A stretch of 63,526 nt of DNA, counting the filler, from Octopus bimaculoides (lineage: Eukaryota): assembly GCF_001194135.2 (NCBI RefSeq). It is 7 parts of 6 records of this genome, joined end to end, with 100 filler letters (N's around TTAATTAATTAA, not from the genome) between each part and the next. Parts side by side here need not be neighbours in the genome. Positions count along the whole stretch, not along the records: positions 6,915 to 32,233 come from NC_068981.1; 6 more parts are not named here. One strand, 5' to 3'. Every line of letters begins with the position of its first letter. Position 1 is the first letter of the stretch. The notes below the pieces were generated by a model that had not been told where the DNA came from, did no database searches, and saw only the letters and a list, made by a program, of their open reading frames with translations. Shown piece after piece: positions 12,321-25,297 of this stretch. The position numbers and the translations under genes were made by a program.

Positions 12321-13893
12321 CTTCTTAAGGCATTGGTACACTGGGCAGTTATCCGGGGATCTCACGGGTCAAGGGGCCCATTCTTATCTATATATGTAGT
12401 GGCTTGTTGTCAATAAGTAATTACTATGGGGCCAAGTGCACTGATTTTCCGAGTAACCGACATTCCAATCCTTACCGCTTCGGTTTCTTTTTTTTTTTTT
12501 TTTTTTTTTGTGGTATTTTGGTTTCCATTATCTAATGTGTTCTCGTTTATCAATATGATTGTGTGTAATCTGAAGCAGGTCAAAAGACCAAGTAGATGGT
12601 TTCTTGTTGGCTTACACATGTGATGCTTTGTATCTTATATTTCGAGATAGTATTAAGTAAACAAGTAATGCATATCGCACTTCTTTCTTATGTGGTTATG
12701 GAATCAATAAGCATACAATATTATGATTTTATTTTCACATCTTGGAACATGTAAGTAACTGGAAATAAAACTTCCACATTTAAACAGGTAAAATTGATGT
12801 CATATATTCTCATGTTGATTATTTCATAAGAAATAACAACCAGAAATCCGTATACCAAAGAATATTTGATAAATAATGCAACAGTTCAGTCCCCGGCTTA
12901 AAGAAAGGAAAACACTCGCTTATCACGTGATATATTAATTAATAAAGAAATGTAGAGCACCAACATTCGCCGTCTATTTTTTAAAAAATCATAAACTATA
13001 AAACTAAAATTCTCAAAAAAATCATTAGCAATAGCATAACAACTCCAAGGTGGATCTAGATTTTATGTTTAAACAATTTAACACAATGATCAAGTCACAA
13101 ATTAAGACTTTTAGTTGTTCTTATGAGGACGGGGCCTATGTAAATGAGACGCAAAAATTCATAGACGTTAACTGGTAAACGACATTTACAAAATTCCGCA
13201 AAAACCTTTTGAAGAAAGCGGAACAATCTTTTCCCTTACATAATGCAACAAGCTTTCCACATCCGTACACACTTCGTCATGAATACGTCGAAGAAATTCG
13301 TAATGTAGCTGAGCATAAGAACTCGTTCATAGCAAAACATCAACACATACATTTTCTAGAAAGCTTCCATACTATATGTAAAAATTTCGATTCCACGGCG
13401 TAATATTTTGTCATTTTTTTCTTATTTTGCTTTTACAAGATTTATCAAACGTAAATCGCGTGATTTGTTGGTCTGTAATGTTGGTAAAAAGTTCTCATAG
13501 AAAACAAGCACTCAGTAATTGCAGTAGCTTACTTTTGAGTATAAGATTAAAACAATTCCCTACCAGAAAGGATACAAAATAAAACGGCAATAGGAAGTCC
13601 TCCTGTGATACCGTCAGAGCAGTATCTGGCGTGTGAGCCTCAACTGTAAATAGAAGAATGGTGTCATCAATAGTGTGGCGACAAACATTTTCTAAATCGA
13701 TTTTTTTTAGGAACAATAACAGCTTCTTGTTGGACTGAATAATTCTTACATTTCATTTAGGGTTTTAGTTTATCAAAAGAATGTGCCACTCGTTTGCTGT
13801 AATTAACTAACAACTCAATGTTTCTTTTTAAAAGGTGGAACTTTGGGGCTTTTCAAAGGTAACAACCTATCAGTATCAATTTTTATTTTGTAG

Positions 13894-14468
13894 ATGGCAT
13901 CATAGAACCGAATAATTCACCGTGAAAAGCTCAGGTCTTGGTAACAAAAAGCAAAAATCGCAGATTTCGTCTTGCAGTACCCAATAAAATTGAAAAGCGT
14001 TTTACTAAACACATATTTTACTAAACATATTTTATTAGAGTTATATTAGAGATCTTTAACACATGGCAGAAATGCCTGTAAGTTTCTGTTATAACCTTAT
14101 CTACCACATTTAATGATGTCTACTTACGAGGTAAATTGGTTCATGCCTCGTTGGAAACACGCCACAGCGTTCGTGAAACTAAACCGAAGTCTTTTCTACT
14201 GACATAGCTTTTTCAGTGCCTGCAAACCAGTATAAGAACGGTCGTTAATCTTTAATGTAGTTGATAACAGATATATTTCATATCAGCCTTTCTAAAATAT
14301 AATGCTACTATGTCGCATGTATTAATTTGTCGATAACTGGAACTGGAAAAGTATCAAGATGAATTTGAATATTGAGAAATCAATTGCAAGACGAAATTTG
14401 CGACTTTTGTTTTTTTGTTACCAAAACATGAGTTCTTCACTGTGAATTATTCGGTTCTATGATGCCAT
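13894..14468. mobile_element. Non-autonomous DNA transposon (MITE) with ~85-bp terminal inverted repeats
   Basis: 13894-13977 (ATGGCATCATAGAACCGAATAATTCAC..GATTTCGTCTTGCA) is the reverse complement of 14385-14468, apart from a few substitutions. TA follows the right end. Confidence 0.8.
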
Positions 14469-14639
14469 ATTTGATTAAGTATTTTACCTTTTGTATTAAG
14501 AATTTGAAAACGTCCATAGAAATGCATTTGAGTACGAGAAGCAATTGATTTTAATTTGAATTAATGAAAAATGTAACGCGCAATCTTGAGGAAAGCAAAA
14601 CTTGACAACACTAAAAGATTTTAAGGCTTAAATACCATT

Positions 14640-15890
14640 AAAGAATGCTGAAACACATCCAAATATACCGCCTGAGTAGGGATTCGGAATAACTAACAGT
14701 GACTCCTATTTGTACAACTTTTCAGCATGTCGAATGCTAACTATTTATATTTCCATAATTTGGGAACTAAGAACTAAGCTGTTGACGCCATCATAACCTT
14801 GCCTCTGATTGGTTTAATGACTGGACCATTCCCCTTAGATAAAGTTGATATTGATTCCACTGTCAACTAATGCATGCGTCGGTTGGTTGTTAATTATAAT
14901 ATTAACGACTCCACAGGTCAAAGGAATATTCCAATAAAGCCGAAAAGGCTGAATAAGTTAATGCGAACAGATTGGTTCATTACCAGTCCAGTAGATACAT
15001 TATATAATTTAGTTTGTACACCTGAGAAAATAGCCTTTCTCTCACACTTGCGACACCTGATATTTCTTGCTAGACATATTCCACTACCGTTTCTATACAT
15101 CCAATAACATAGCGCTTCTATAAAGCAGGTGTTGAAATAACTTCGTCTTCAGTGTCCTCCTTTGTAACTGTAATAGTATTTACGATGATATATTGTTAAT
15201 AAACGCTAACATTCTTTAAAGATGTATCCAATATTCTGGTTTGTGATACTACAGTTTTTCGAGTAGGCTAAGTTTTCTACTGATCTACATTATTCCAGAA
15301 ATAAAAGCAATCACTATCGAGTCTTTCTTATAAAGGTCAGGCGACACTGCCTTGAATTTACATCCTTTATCCAGAAGCAGGTCTGTCTTTACATCATTAT
15401 AGGCACCCGAGAAAAACAATGCACTAAGACCTGTAGTTTTAATTATAGACGGAAACTACAGCATACAGAGATTAGTATCAGGTCTCTAGACCCGTGGATA
15501 CCCTAGGTAATTAGCCTGTGTGCACATCCTTAAGATGTCACTAAACAGGATTTTGGAGGCTTGAAGGAATTGATCTGGGGATTAAGTTGGCTTTTGCGTG
15601 CGAGTTATAAGTTGATGTCTCGTAAAGTCCTACGCTTTTTTAATGTAGATATACTTTTGACAACTTATCACACCCACGTAACTCAAAATCTGCAATAAAT
15701 CTGAATAACTGTGAGATACAAAGTTTACAAGACGAGTAATGTGTCGAGATCAGCAATACTGGAAGGACAATTTTCAAATGTAAGAAGTCAGTGTTTGAAT
15801 CCCGAAAAAGCTGACACCATTTGAAAAGGAAACGTATTGAGTCTTTCGGGGCTTGGGAATGTACGATAAAAGATCCGTATACCAAAGACT
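14640..15890 (-). mobile_element. Decayed Ty3/Gypsy LTR retrotransposon gag-protease
   Basis: Frameshifted minus-strand translation gives KPERLNT, LVNFVS, FTRHQLITRTQKP*SPDQFLQA, GCKFKAVS..IAFISG, a zinc-knuckle relic CLARNIRCRKCERK and the retropepsin motif NNQPTHALVDSG (DSG at 14856-14864), then VMMAST. Many stops and frameshifts. Confidence 0.85.
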
Positions 15891-16283
15891 TTATTCTGCG
15901 AATAATTCTGTAGCACAGACATTCGGCTTACATACTGACGTGCATTCGCCTATTATGTGTTATATCAATTATTAAAACGATGTAGAATCACTTGTCTACA
16001 CAACTAGAGAAAATGAACACTCATAACGTGTGCTAAATGTACTATATATACATATTTAGTAGTCGTGTTCGTGTGAAGATCTTCCCATGAATATACCAAG
16101 CTACATGTGCATGTGAGAAGTTATACAGGTTGCTCACATGCATATGGAGTCGAATTTTGTGTCAATGATAATTTATCATGCGAATTACATAAAAGTCATA
16201 TCTCAGGTTTTTGAGTGAAACTATAGAGTATCCAATGCTAATTTAACACATAGACAATGTATGTGCATCTATATATATATAAT

Positions 16284-16353
16284 GCAGGTGTACACGAAGT
16301 TCGACCATTGCTAGAAATAGCAGCCGGTAAGTTTACGGCGCTATGTAGAGCTG
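16284..16353. repeat. ~70-bp mini-element with 11-bp inverted ends (GCAGGTGTACA...TGTACACCTGC)
   Basis: Direct reading. The internal CTAGAAATAGC motif recurs near 2537. Confidence 0.5.
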
Positions 16354-16439
16354 TACACCTGCTTTATATATTTATAATTCTATCTATATGGTGCTTTATT
16401 CGTGCTGGATATTAATCTTATTTTAATATTTATATTTTC

Positions 16440-16523
<84 letters not shown>

Positions 16524-17487
16524 ATATATATANNNNNNNNNNNNNNNNNNNNNNNNNNNNNNNNNNNNNNNNNNNNNNNNNNNNNNNNNNNNNNNNNNNN
16601 NNNNNNNNNNNNNNNNNNNNNNNNNNNNNNNNNNNNNNNNNNNNNNNNNNNNNNNNNNNNNNNNNNNNNNNNNNNNNNNNNNNNNNNNNNNNNNNNNNNN
16701 NNNNNNNNNNNNNNNNNNNNNNNNNNNNNNNNNNNNNNNNNNNNNNNNNNNNNNNNNNNNNNNNNNNNNNNNNNNNNNNNNNNNNNNNNNNNNNNNNNNN
16801 NNNNNNNNNNNNNNNNNNNNNNNNNNNNNNNNNNNNNNNNNNNNNNNNNNNNNNNNNNNNNNNNNNNNNNNNNNNNNNNNNNNNNNNNNNNNNNNNNNNN
16901 NNNNNNNNNNNNNNNNNNNNNNNNNNNNNNNNNNNNNNNNNNNNNNNNNNNNNNNNNNNNNNNNNNNNNNNNNNNNNNNNNNNNNNNNNNNNNNNNNNNN
17001 NNNNNNNNNNNNNNNNNNNNNNNNNNNNNNNNNNNNNNNNNNNNNNNNNNNNNNNNNNNNNNNNNNNNNNNNNNNNNNNNNNNNNNNNNNNNNNNNNNNN
17101 NNNNNNNNNNNNNNNNNNNNNNNNNNNNNNNNNNNNNNNNNNNNNNNNNNNNNNNNNNNNNNNNNNNNNNNNNNNNNNNNNNNNNNNNNNNNNNNNNNNN
17201 NNNNNNNNNNNNNNNNNNNNNNNNNNNNNNNNNNNNNNNNNNNNNNNNNNNNNNNNNNNNNNNNNNNNNNNNNNNNNNNNNNNNNNNNNNNNNNNNNNNN
17301 NNNNNNNNNNNNNNNTTTCCAGTGAAATTCTTCACTGATATTGAAAAGGTGAAAACAAGCAATGTTAATTCTCTAAATGAAGTATTAACAGTAACTGCAC
17401 GATAAAGTGTAGTATATTGCCACTTAAGTGTGGCTGACCCCTAGGGGTGGATGTTACTGTTGCTTTTAGCCCCAGGAGGACATCTCC

Positions 17488-17518
<31 letters not shown>

Positions 17519-17520
<2 letters not shown>

Positions 17521-17680
17521 CGACTGACTTCTTTCAGTTTCCGTCTACCAAATCCACTCACAAGGCCTTAGTCAACCTGGGGCTATAGTAGAAGACACTT
17601 GCCCAAGGTATCACGCAGTGGGACTGAACCAGGAACCATGTGGTTCGTAAGCAAGCTACTTATCACACAGTCACTCCTAT
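17519..17680 (-). mobile_element. SINE family A, 5' half
   Basis: Near-consensus match. Confidence 0.9.
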
Positions 17681-18399
17681 GCTGATATCTCCTACTTTTG
17701 ATAACTTTCAGTAGATCTATGTCCCTTACCTACCCTTCACCTTTTCTTTCTTTCCTTTTTTAACCAGCGCTGGGGAGAAGATGGCATTCATGATCTTTAT
17801 ATCACTTACTAGATTGTTCTATGGTTTTTGAGGGTTAAGTACCTCACATATACCGTTAATATCGTTTTGTTTTGCCGAAATGGCCAGAACCAATAAAATA
17901 CTTTGTTATATTTAGTTACGTACCTTTATACTCTGAGCTCAAGCTCTGCCGAGATTGGCTTTAACTTTCTTCCTCCCGAGTTAATAAAGTAAGTAAATAC
18001 AAAGAAAACTCAGGAGCGACCTGAATAGACTCAACTATTTTCCTCATTTCCCAAATGTAAGCCCCTGTGCTTATAGTCGATGATATTTATGTTCTGTTTC
18101 ATCCACAAGTGGAAATTTTTTATAAAAGAAAACGAGAAACCCAGCATAGCTACGGAGAGAATAATCTATTATTGACACTGCCATCTTGCATGCTCTCGTA
18201 ATTCTACCTTTTTCTAGCAGCTCTTCTTCCAAGTTAACGTACCCCACCTACATGTTGGGTTAATTGCATAGGCCCTGTTTTTGTTTGGAGATGGAAGTTC
18301 AAAAACAAACGACGAAGAAAAATTATTTTGTAACATTTACAATATGTGTGTTTTTGTGCGTGTATGTTTGTGTGTGTGTGTGTGTGTGTGTGGGTGTGT

Positions 18400-18620
18400 G
18401 TGTGCCTCTTTGTGTTTGTGTTTGTCCCTTAGATTGCTTCATAAATGGTGTTGGCCTGTTTATGCATCCCCTGACTTAACGTTTCGGCAAAATAGACCGA
18501 TAGAATAAGGACCAGACTTTTTAAAAAATAAGTATAGGAGTTTATTTGTTCGACTAAACCATTCAAGAAGATAACCCAGCATGGCCACAGTCCAATGACT
18601 AAAACAAGTAAAAAATACAA
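18400..18620 (+). mobile_element. SINE family A, 3' half
   Basis: TTTGTCCC..GACTTAACGTTTCGGC..CCCAGCATGGCCACAG..AAAACAAGTAAAA. Confidence 0.85.
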
Positions 18621-19471
18621 GATTTAGCTTCTGCAGAATTTACTATTGGCATTTCATTTTCATTAAATAGAAGTGTTGGGGGAGGTGGCAAGTTCGTTGA
18701 GATGTCGCGTAAACTGCGTTGTGGCATTTAACCACAGGCTTCTACATCCTATCGAGTTCGAAACCTATCGAGATTTAATTCGTCTTCTGCTTTGTTTTTT
18801 TAGAACTGATATATTTAATTGTGCCCCCACCTAAATGTTTGGTGTTGCACCTATGTTAGATATTTTTATAGCATCAGTACAGCAGTGAATTGGCAACATT
18901 GTTTGAGTGTCAGCATCAGAAAAAAAAAATACCTTGCGGTATTTGTTCCAGCTCTTTGAGTTTTGAGTTCGTGTCAGTCCAGATCTGTTTGAGTGAACGA
19001 TCCAGACACGTCAAATGATCGTATCTCCGAGGAACCACGAGAAATTCTTAGTTATGTTCGTGTAAATTCAAGTAATTTAAATATAACGAAGTCAATTCTG
19101 TTTTTTTTTTACTTTTTACATATGAACCGTAATCGATCCCTAAATACGCTTACNNNNNNNNNNNNNNNNNNNNNNNNNNNNNNNNNNNNNNNNNNNNNNN
19201 NNNNNNNNNNNNNNNNNNNNNNNNNNNNNNNNNNNNNNNNNNNNNNNNNNNNNNNNNNNNNNNNNNNNNNNNNNNNNNNNNNNNNNNNNNNNNNNNNNNN
19301 NNNNNNNNNNNNNNNNNNNNNNNNNNNNNNNNNNNNNNNNNNNNNNNNNNNNNNNNNNNNNNNNNNNNNNNNNNNNNNNNNNNNNNNNNNNNNNNNNNNN
19401 NNNNNNNNNNNNNNNNNNNNNNNNNNNNNNNNNNNNNNNNNNNNNNNNNNNNNNNNNNNNNNNNNNNNNNN

Positions 19472-19503
<32 letters not shown>

Positions 19504-19714
19504 GAGTGTCACTGAAGAGGTCACAGACGTGTGACGAAAGATTTCTGGACAATGGACACGAGTTAGAATAAGAACAGTAATAAACGAGTGAAGAACGAAT
19601 ATATAGTGCGTGTGTTTATTTGGCAAAAAAAAAATGAAAATGACCATCCCGTAATATGATAATATATATATTTCCTTGTTGGTTTTAAATTGCTGCTACC
19701 CACCTTGATTATGT

Positions 19715-19716
<2 letters not shown>

Positions 19717-19754
<38 letters not shown>

Positions 19755-19922
19755 GAGATAGAGAGATAGAGAGATAGAGAGATAGAGAGATAGATATGTA
19801 TGTATATATGTATGTATGTTTGTATATATTCATATATATTCATCTATACGTATGTTTGGTGTTTAAACCTACATCTTCACACGCACACACACACACACAC
19901 ACACATACACACATATATACGT

Positions 19923-19974
<52 letters not shown>

Positions 19975-19982
19975 ATAGATAC

Positions 19983-20013
<31 letters not shown>

Positions 20014-20070
20014 CTTACATACATACCTACATACATACATACATACATACATACATACATACATACATAC
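19717..20070. repeat. (GATA)n, (GTAT)n, (CA)n and (CATA)n compound microsatellite
   Basis: Direct reading. Confidence 0.93.
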
Positions 20071-20382
20071 AAGCATGCATTACATAGTTGAAAATATCCT
20101 AGTTTAGAGATACAGACATTGTAACATGTCTTAAATCATGTTGTTTGTTCGTCATATAAGAAAGAAAAATTACTGTAAGTAAACAAACATAGAGAATCTT
20201 AAAGCACACATATACTGCTTTTAAAAATTGCACCATGCGAAGCTATCAACAGCACATTTTCCACCATTTTTCTCCTCCAAAGCCTCGCTTTCGGCAACAA
20301 CATTTCAATTGACAAATTGGCTTTATCTGACAGCGAAACTTAATACAGAGACTTGCTATTGTTCTCTGTCTATCTCTCTCTT

Positions 20383-20420
<38 letters not shown>

Positions 20421-20814
20421 CCTCTTTTATCATAATGTTTCGCTTCTGTTTGTTGTTGATGTTCTATACTTGTTTTTATTGCTATTCTTCTTAATGTTCC
20501 TAAGCTTTAGCTTTCTAATATTCTTGTATAAATATGTATATTTTTTCTCTATCGTTTATCGTTCAACTTCTCTTTTTACTTTTTATTTCTTTACTTTTTT
20601 CTTTCTTTATTTACTTTATGCTTACATTTTTTTTATTCATATTGCTATACATTTGGAATGTAGTATTTTTTTTTTGCTTGTTGTTATGTTGTTAACTTTA
20701 TAGTTTGTTGTTCATACATACATATATATGTGGTTTATTTTGCATCGCGTATTTTTTTTTTTTTTTTGCGTAAGGAAATTTATATCGAATATTATCATTA
20801 ATACTTTGAACGAT

Positions 20815-20816
20815 AT

Positions 20817-20857
<41 letters not shown>

Positions 20858-20930
20858 TAACTACTACTACTACTTCCAACACCACTACTACTACTACTGC
20901 TACTACTACTACTAATAATAATAATAATAA

Positions 20931-20984
<54 letters not shown>

Positions 20985-21000
20985 AACTACTACTACTACT
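20815..21000. repeat. (ACT)n/(AAT)n microsatellite
   Basis: Direct reading. Confidence 0.95.
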
Positions 21001-21088
21001 TCGACAAATATTTTTATTATTTTGACGATATTTTTATTTCCAATACTGCTATTACTGTTACTATATGTATGCATGTAGATATAATATA

Positions 21089-21131
<43 letters not shown>

Positions 21132-21960
21132 GTGTGTGTATGTGTCTGTGTGTGCGCATGAGCTCGTGCGCGTGTGTGTGTGTGTGTGTGTGAGGAGTTA
21201 CATAGATATGCATATTTATGTATATGTATACATATAAATATAAATATATATGCATGTATATATGTATATTTATATCTTCATAGACACACATATGCATATA
21301 TATATATATATGTATGCACGCATACATGCATGCATCTATATATGTACGTATGTATGTATGTATGTATGTATGCCTGTGTGTATATACATACACACAGGCA
21401 TGTGTGTATGTATGTATGTATGTATGTATGTATATATCTACGTACGTATGTATGTATGTATGTATGTATAGTATTTGTGTTCTCGAGCTGAAGAAACGCA
21501 ATGTACTGATTACGCACCTGCTAAAAGAGAATGGAATCTATTAAATTGTTTGTCAGTAAAACGAGATCAATTCTTCATACCTGATTTTTTTCGTGCTGTT
21601 GACCGTACTTGTCGATGAATCTGATGTAATAGTTTCACACTTATCGATGAGTACCGCTAATTAACGCGAACCGTACAAAACCTTAGGTATAAGGAAACAA
21701 TGTTGTTTACCGACGCATTTGAATATAGGCACACATACATACATACATACATACACAAGGCTACCTTAACAGCAATATAGGCCCCCGAGCAAATTAATGC
21801 ACTTGTCCTTATAAAATTACTTATTGACAGCAAGGTACAGCGTAATTTGATAAAGATTGAGCACCTACACCAGTGAGGTCCCTGACCAACTGTTTAGTGT
21901 GACCATGCATTAAGACGGCATTGTGCATAGACATTGTTATTAATATCTATATATGTGTTA

Positions 21961-22148
21961 AGGCGGCGAGCTGGTAGAATCATTAGCACGGCGGGCAAAA
22001 TGATTAGCGGCATTTTGTCTGTGTTTACTTATTTACTTATTTTATCGGGGTCGATAAAATAAGTACCAGTTGAACACTGAAGTCGATGTAATCAATTTAA
22101 CCTCTCCCCTGAATTTGATGGCCTTGTGCCAAAGTTAGAAATCAATAT
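21961..22148 (+). mobile_element. tRNA-derived SINE, family B (internally deleted)
   Basis: GGCGGCGAGCTGGTAGAATCATTAGCAC head and GGGGTCGATAAAATAAGTACCAG body. More than 12 copies occur in the window. Confidence 0.88.
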
Positions 22149-22155
22149 TTATATA

Positions 22156-22201
<46 letters not shown>

Positions 22202-22415
22202 AACATATGTGTACGTGTGTGTATGCATATATATTTATATATATCTATGTGTAGGTAGACATATGTAAGTATATGTATATATGAACATGTATGTGTTGAT
22301 GTGTATATGGCGAAGCGTGTAGGTTATGTTAGGGTATTGCACTCATGAATGGAAACCACAATCTTACCATCATGTGCCCAACACCCTTAACGACTATAGA
22401 ATAATCATTTCTGCT

Positions 22416-22620
22416 ATAAGTACAAGGCTTGAAATTTTTGTAAAAGGAATCAAATCGATTATATCGACCCCAGTATTTCACTGGTACTTATTTTATCGAC
22501 TTGAAAGGATGAAAGGCAAAGTCGACCTCGGCGGGATTTGAACTCAGAACGTAAAAACGGACGACATGCTATTGAGCATTTTCTCCGGTGTCCTAATGGT
22601 TCTGCCACCTCACCGCTTCA
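22416..22620 (-). mobile_element. SINE family B
   Basis: CGACCCCAGTATTTCACTGGTACTTATTTTATCGAC..GGATGAAAGGCAAAGTCGACCTCGGCGG..GAACTCAGAACG is the reverse complement of the family B consensus. Confidence 0.9.
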
Positions 22621-23208
22621 GGAGCAATTCAAATAAATATATTTATAAAAGGAAACAATAGAATAAAATAAACAAACTCAACAAGTTCAGCTAAGAGCTT
22701 ATTATGCTAGCAGCCACCAACACCGATAACATCAACAGCAACAATAAATGTAACAGCAAGCAACAGTAGCAGTACTAACAACAAAAACAACATCAATAGA
22801 AGTCACAAGAACCATTGCAACAACTGCAATAATAAGGATGTCATAGCAACCACCACGATAAAACAGTCACAGCAATTGAAACGGCTAAAGCAAGCATTTC
22901 GAGAACTACAGCAACAGCGGCAAAAACGGACCAACAAATGTGCTTCTACATGGTAGATAGACTTGCTAGAAAGAACAACTAAGATCTACAACTACTACTG
23001 CTCCTACTACAGAGTAATCACACATCAATCTACACTACCACCAACAGCAAAAATAACAGATAATGTAAAAGTTCTCAAGTTTAAGTCTTTGAGAAAGTTG
23101 TGATGTTTGGTGCCAAGGCAGGGGTACTATCATAATAGCCACTACGGCAACTACCACCAAGCAGCTAAAACTCCTACTAATATTTCAATAACCACTTTTA
23201 CAGCAAAT

Positions 23209-24266
23209 ATTTCAGTCGCTATAACTATAACTACGGCATCAATTAACCGATGAAGGGTAGAATAAATTAGTTTGCGTTATTTGATCTAAATTCGGATTCT
23301 GCCACGGTTGACCTTGCTTATCATCTATCGAGATCGATAAAATAAAGTGGCTGTCCAGAATGGTGGTTTGGCTGGATTTTTGGAGCGTCGAACGGGATGG
23401 ATGCCTTGCAGTATTTGTTCAGGATTTTGTGTTCTGAGTCCAAATCTTACTGTTATCTACTTAGTTCGTTACCCTGTTAAACACCCAAGCTCTGGTACCT
23501 GTGTGTCTTCAGTGGAGTTCGCTCTGTTGCCAGTATCATAGGGTTAGGTATTCCATTTGAGGATAACTTCTAAACTTCATACAACCAATTTCGAAAGCTC
23601 TGAAAAAAGATAAAGTTTCATTCATATTGCCCTTCTGTTTTTGATTAAAGAACATGAAAAACTAAAGGGTTCTGATTTTATTATAATAGTATCGGCGCTT
23701 CGATAACAAGGACACAAACAGAATATATAACTGCTACTGTTGCTGCTGCTGCTACTACTACTTCTACTACTACTTCTACTACTACTGCTGCTGCTATTAC
23801 TACTACTACTATAACGACGAGAACGAAGAAAAATAGACGAATACAGTTAAGTTGTTAACACAAGTGTTTGATGCTAGTCCTTCCAGGATCCTTTATACAT
23901 AAATTAACGCGTATCTCTTCCTTTGTTCGCTCTTGAGACGAGAGTCGTAAAGCTTTCAACATCGCCCAGTAGTTCAGTTGATCCACTGAAGCAATGGCCT
24001 TTGGACAGGACTGTAGTGTTAGATTGTTTCAAGTCTAGGCGTGAGTTTGACACTATGACAATGGTTCATTTCAGTCACTATAACTATAACTACGGCATCA
24101 ATTAACCGATAAATTAGTTTGCATTATTTGATCTGAATTCGGATTCTGCCACGGTTGACCTTGCTTATCATCCATCGGGATCGATAAAATAAAGTGGCTG
24201 TCCAGAACGGTGGATTGGCTGAATTTTTGGAGCGTCAAACAGGATGGATGTCTTGCAGTATTTGTT
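23209..24266 (+). repeat. Local direct duplication of ~200 bp (23209-23420 and 24068-24266)
   Basis: Both copies read ATTTCAGTCRCTATAACTATAACTACGGCATCAATTAACCGAT...GCAGTATTTGTT. They differ by one 12-nt indel and scattered substitutions. Confidence 0.9.
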
Positions 24267-24354
24267 TTCTTTTGGCTTCGTGATGCACTGGTGACGAAAT
24301 AAACGAATACTAGCGCATTTGGGGGTCAAATATTTAAGTTGATGGTACACATTG

Positions 24355-24553
24355 CATGAAGTGTGGTAAGTAGCTTGCTTACCAACGACATGGTTCCGGG
24401 TTCAGTCCCACTGCGTGGCATCTTGGGCAAGTGTCTTCTACTATAGCCTCGGGCCGACCAAAGCCTTGTGAGTGGATTTGGTAGACGGAAATTGAAAGAA
24501 GCCCGTCGTATATATGTATATATATGTATTATGTGTGTGTATATGTTTGTATG
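24355..24553 (+). mobile_element. SINE family A, 5' half (runs into a gap)
   Basis: GTGTGGTAAGTAGCTTGC..GGTTCCGGGTTCAGTCCCACTGCGTGGCATCTTGGGCAAGTGTCTTCTACTATAGCC. Confidence 0.92.
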
Positions 24554-25297
24554 NNNNNNNNNNNNNNNNNNNNNNNNNNNNNNNNNNNNNNNNNNNNNNN
24601 NNNNNNNNNNNNNNNNNNNNNNNNNNNNNNNNNNNNNNNNNNNNNNNNNNNNNNNNNNNNNNNNNNNNNNNNNNNNNNNNNNNNNNNNNNNNNNNNNNNN
24701 NNNNNNNNNNNNNNNNNNNNNNNNNNNNNNNNNNNNNNNNNNNNNNNNNNNNNNNNNNNNNNNNNNNNNNNNNNNNNNNNNNNNNNNNNNNNNNNNNNNN
24801 NNNNNNNNNNNNNNNNNNNNNNNNNNNNNNNNNNNNNNNNNNNNNNNNNNNNNNNNNNNNNNNNNNNNNNNNNNNNNNNNNNNNNNNNNNNNNNNNNNNN
24901 NNNNNNNNNNNNNNNNNNNNNNNNNNNNNNNNNNNNNNNNNNNNNNNNNNNNNNNNNNNNNNNNNNNNNNNNNNNNNNNNNNNNNNNNNNNNNNNNNNNN
25001 NNNNNNNNNNNNNNNNNNNNNNNNNNNNNNNNNNNNNNNNNNNNNNNNNNNNNNNNNNNNNNNNNNNNNNNNNNNNNNNNNNNNNNNNNNNNNNNNNNNN
25101 NNNNNNNNNNNNNNNNNNNNNNNNNNNNNNNNNNNNNNNNNNNNNNNNNNNNNNNNNNNNNNNNNNNNNNNNNNNNNNNNNNNNNNNNNNNNNNNNNNNN
25201 NNNNNNNNNNNNNNNNNNNNNNNNNNNNNNNNNNNNNNNNNNNNNNNNNNNNNNNNNNNNNNNNNNNNNNNNNNNNNNNNNNNNNNNNNNNNNNNNN

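Noticed and set aside
13209-13403. 64-aa ORF with ordinary amino-acid composition
   Set aside because: No recognisable motif, splice context or codon bias. The length is within chance expectation.
22700-23220. CAA/CAG/ACT-rich stretch resembling a Gln/Thr-rich coding region
   Set aside because: It is decayed trinucleotide low-complexity sequence with frequent stops.
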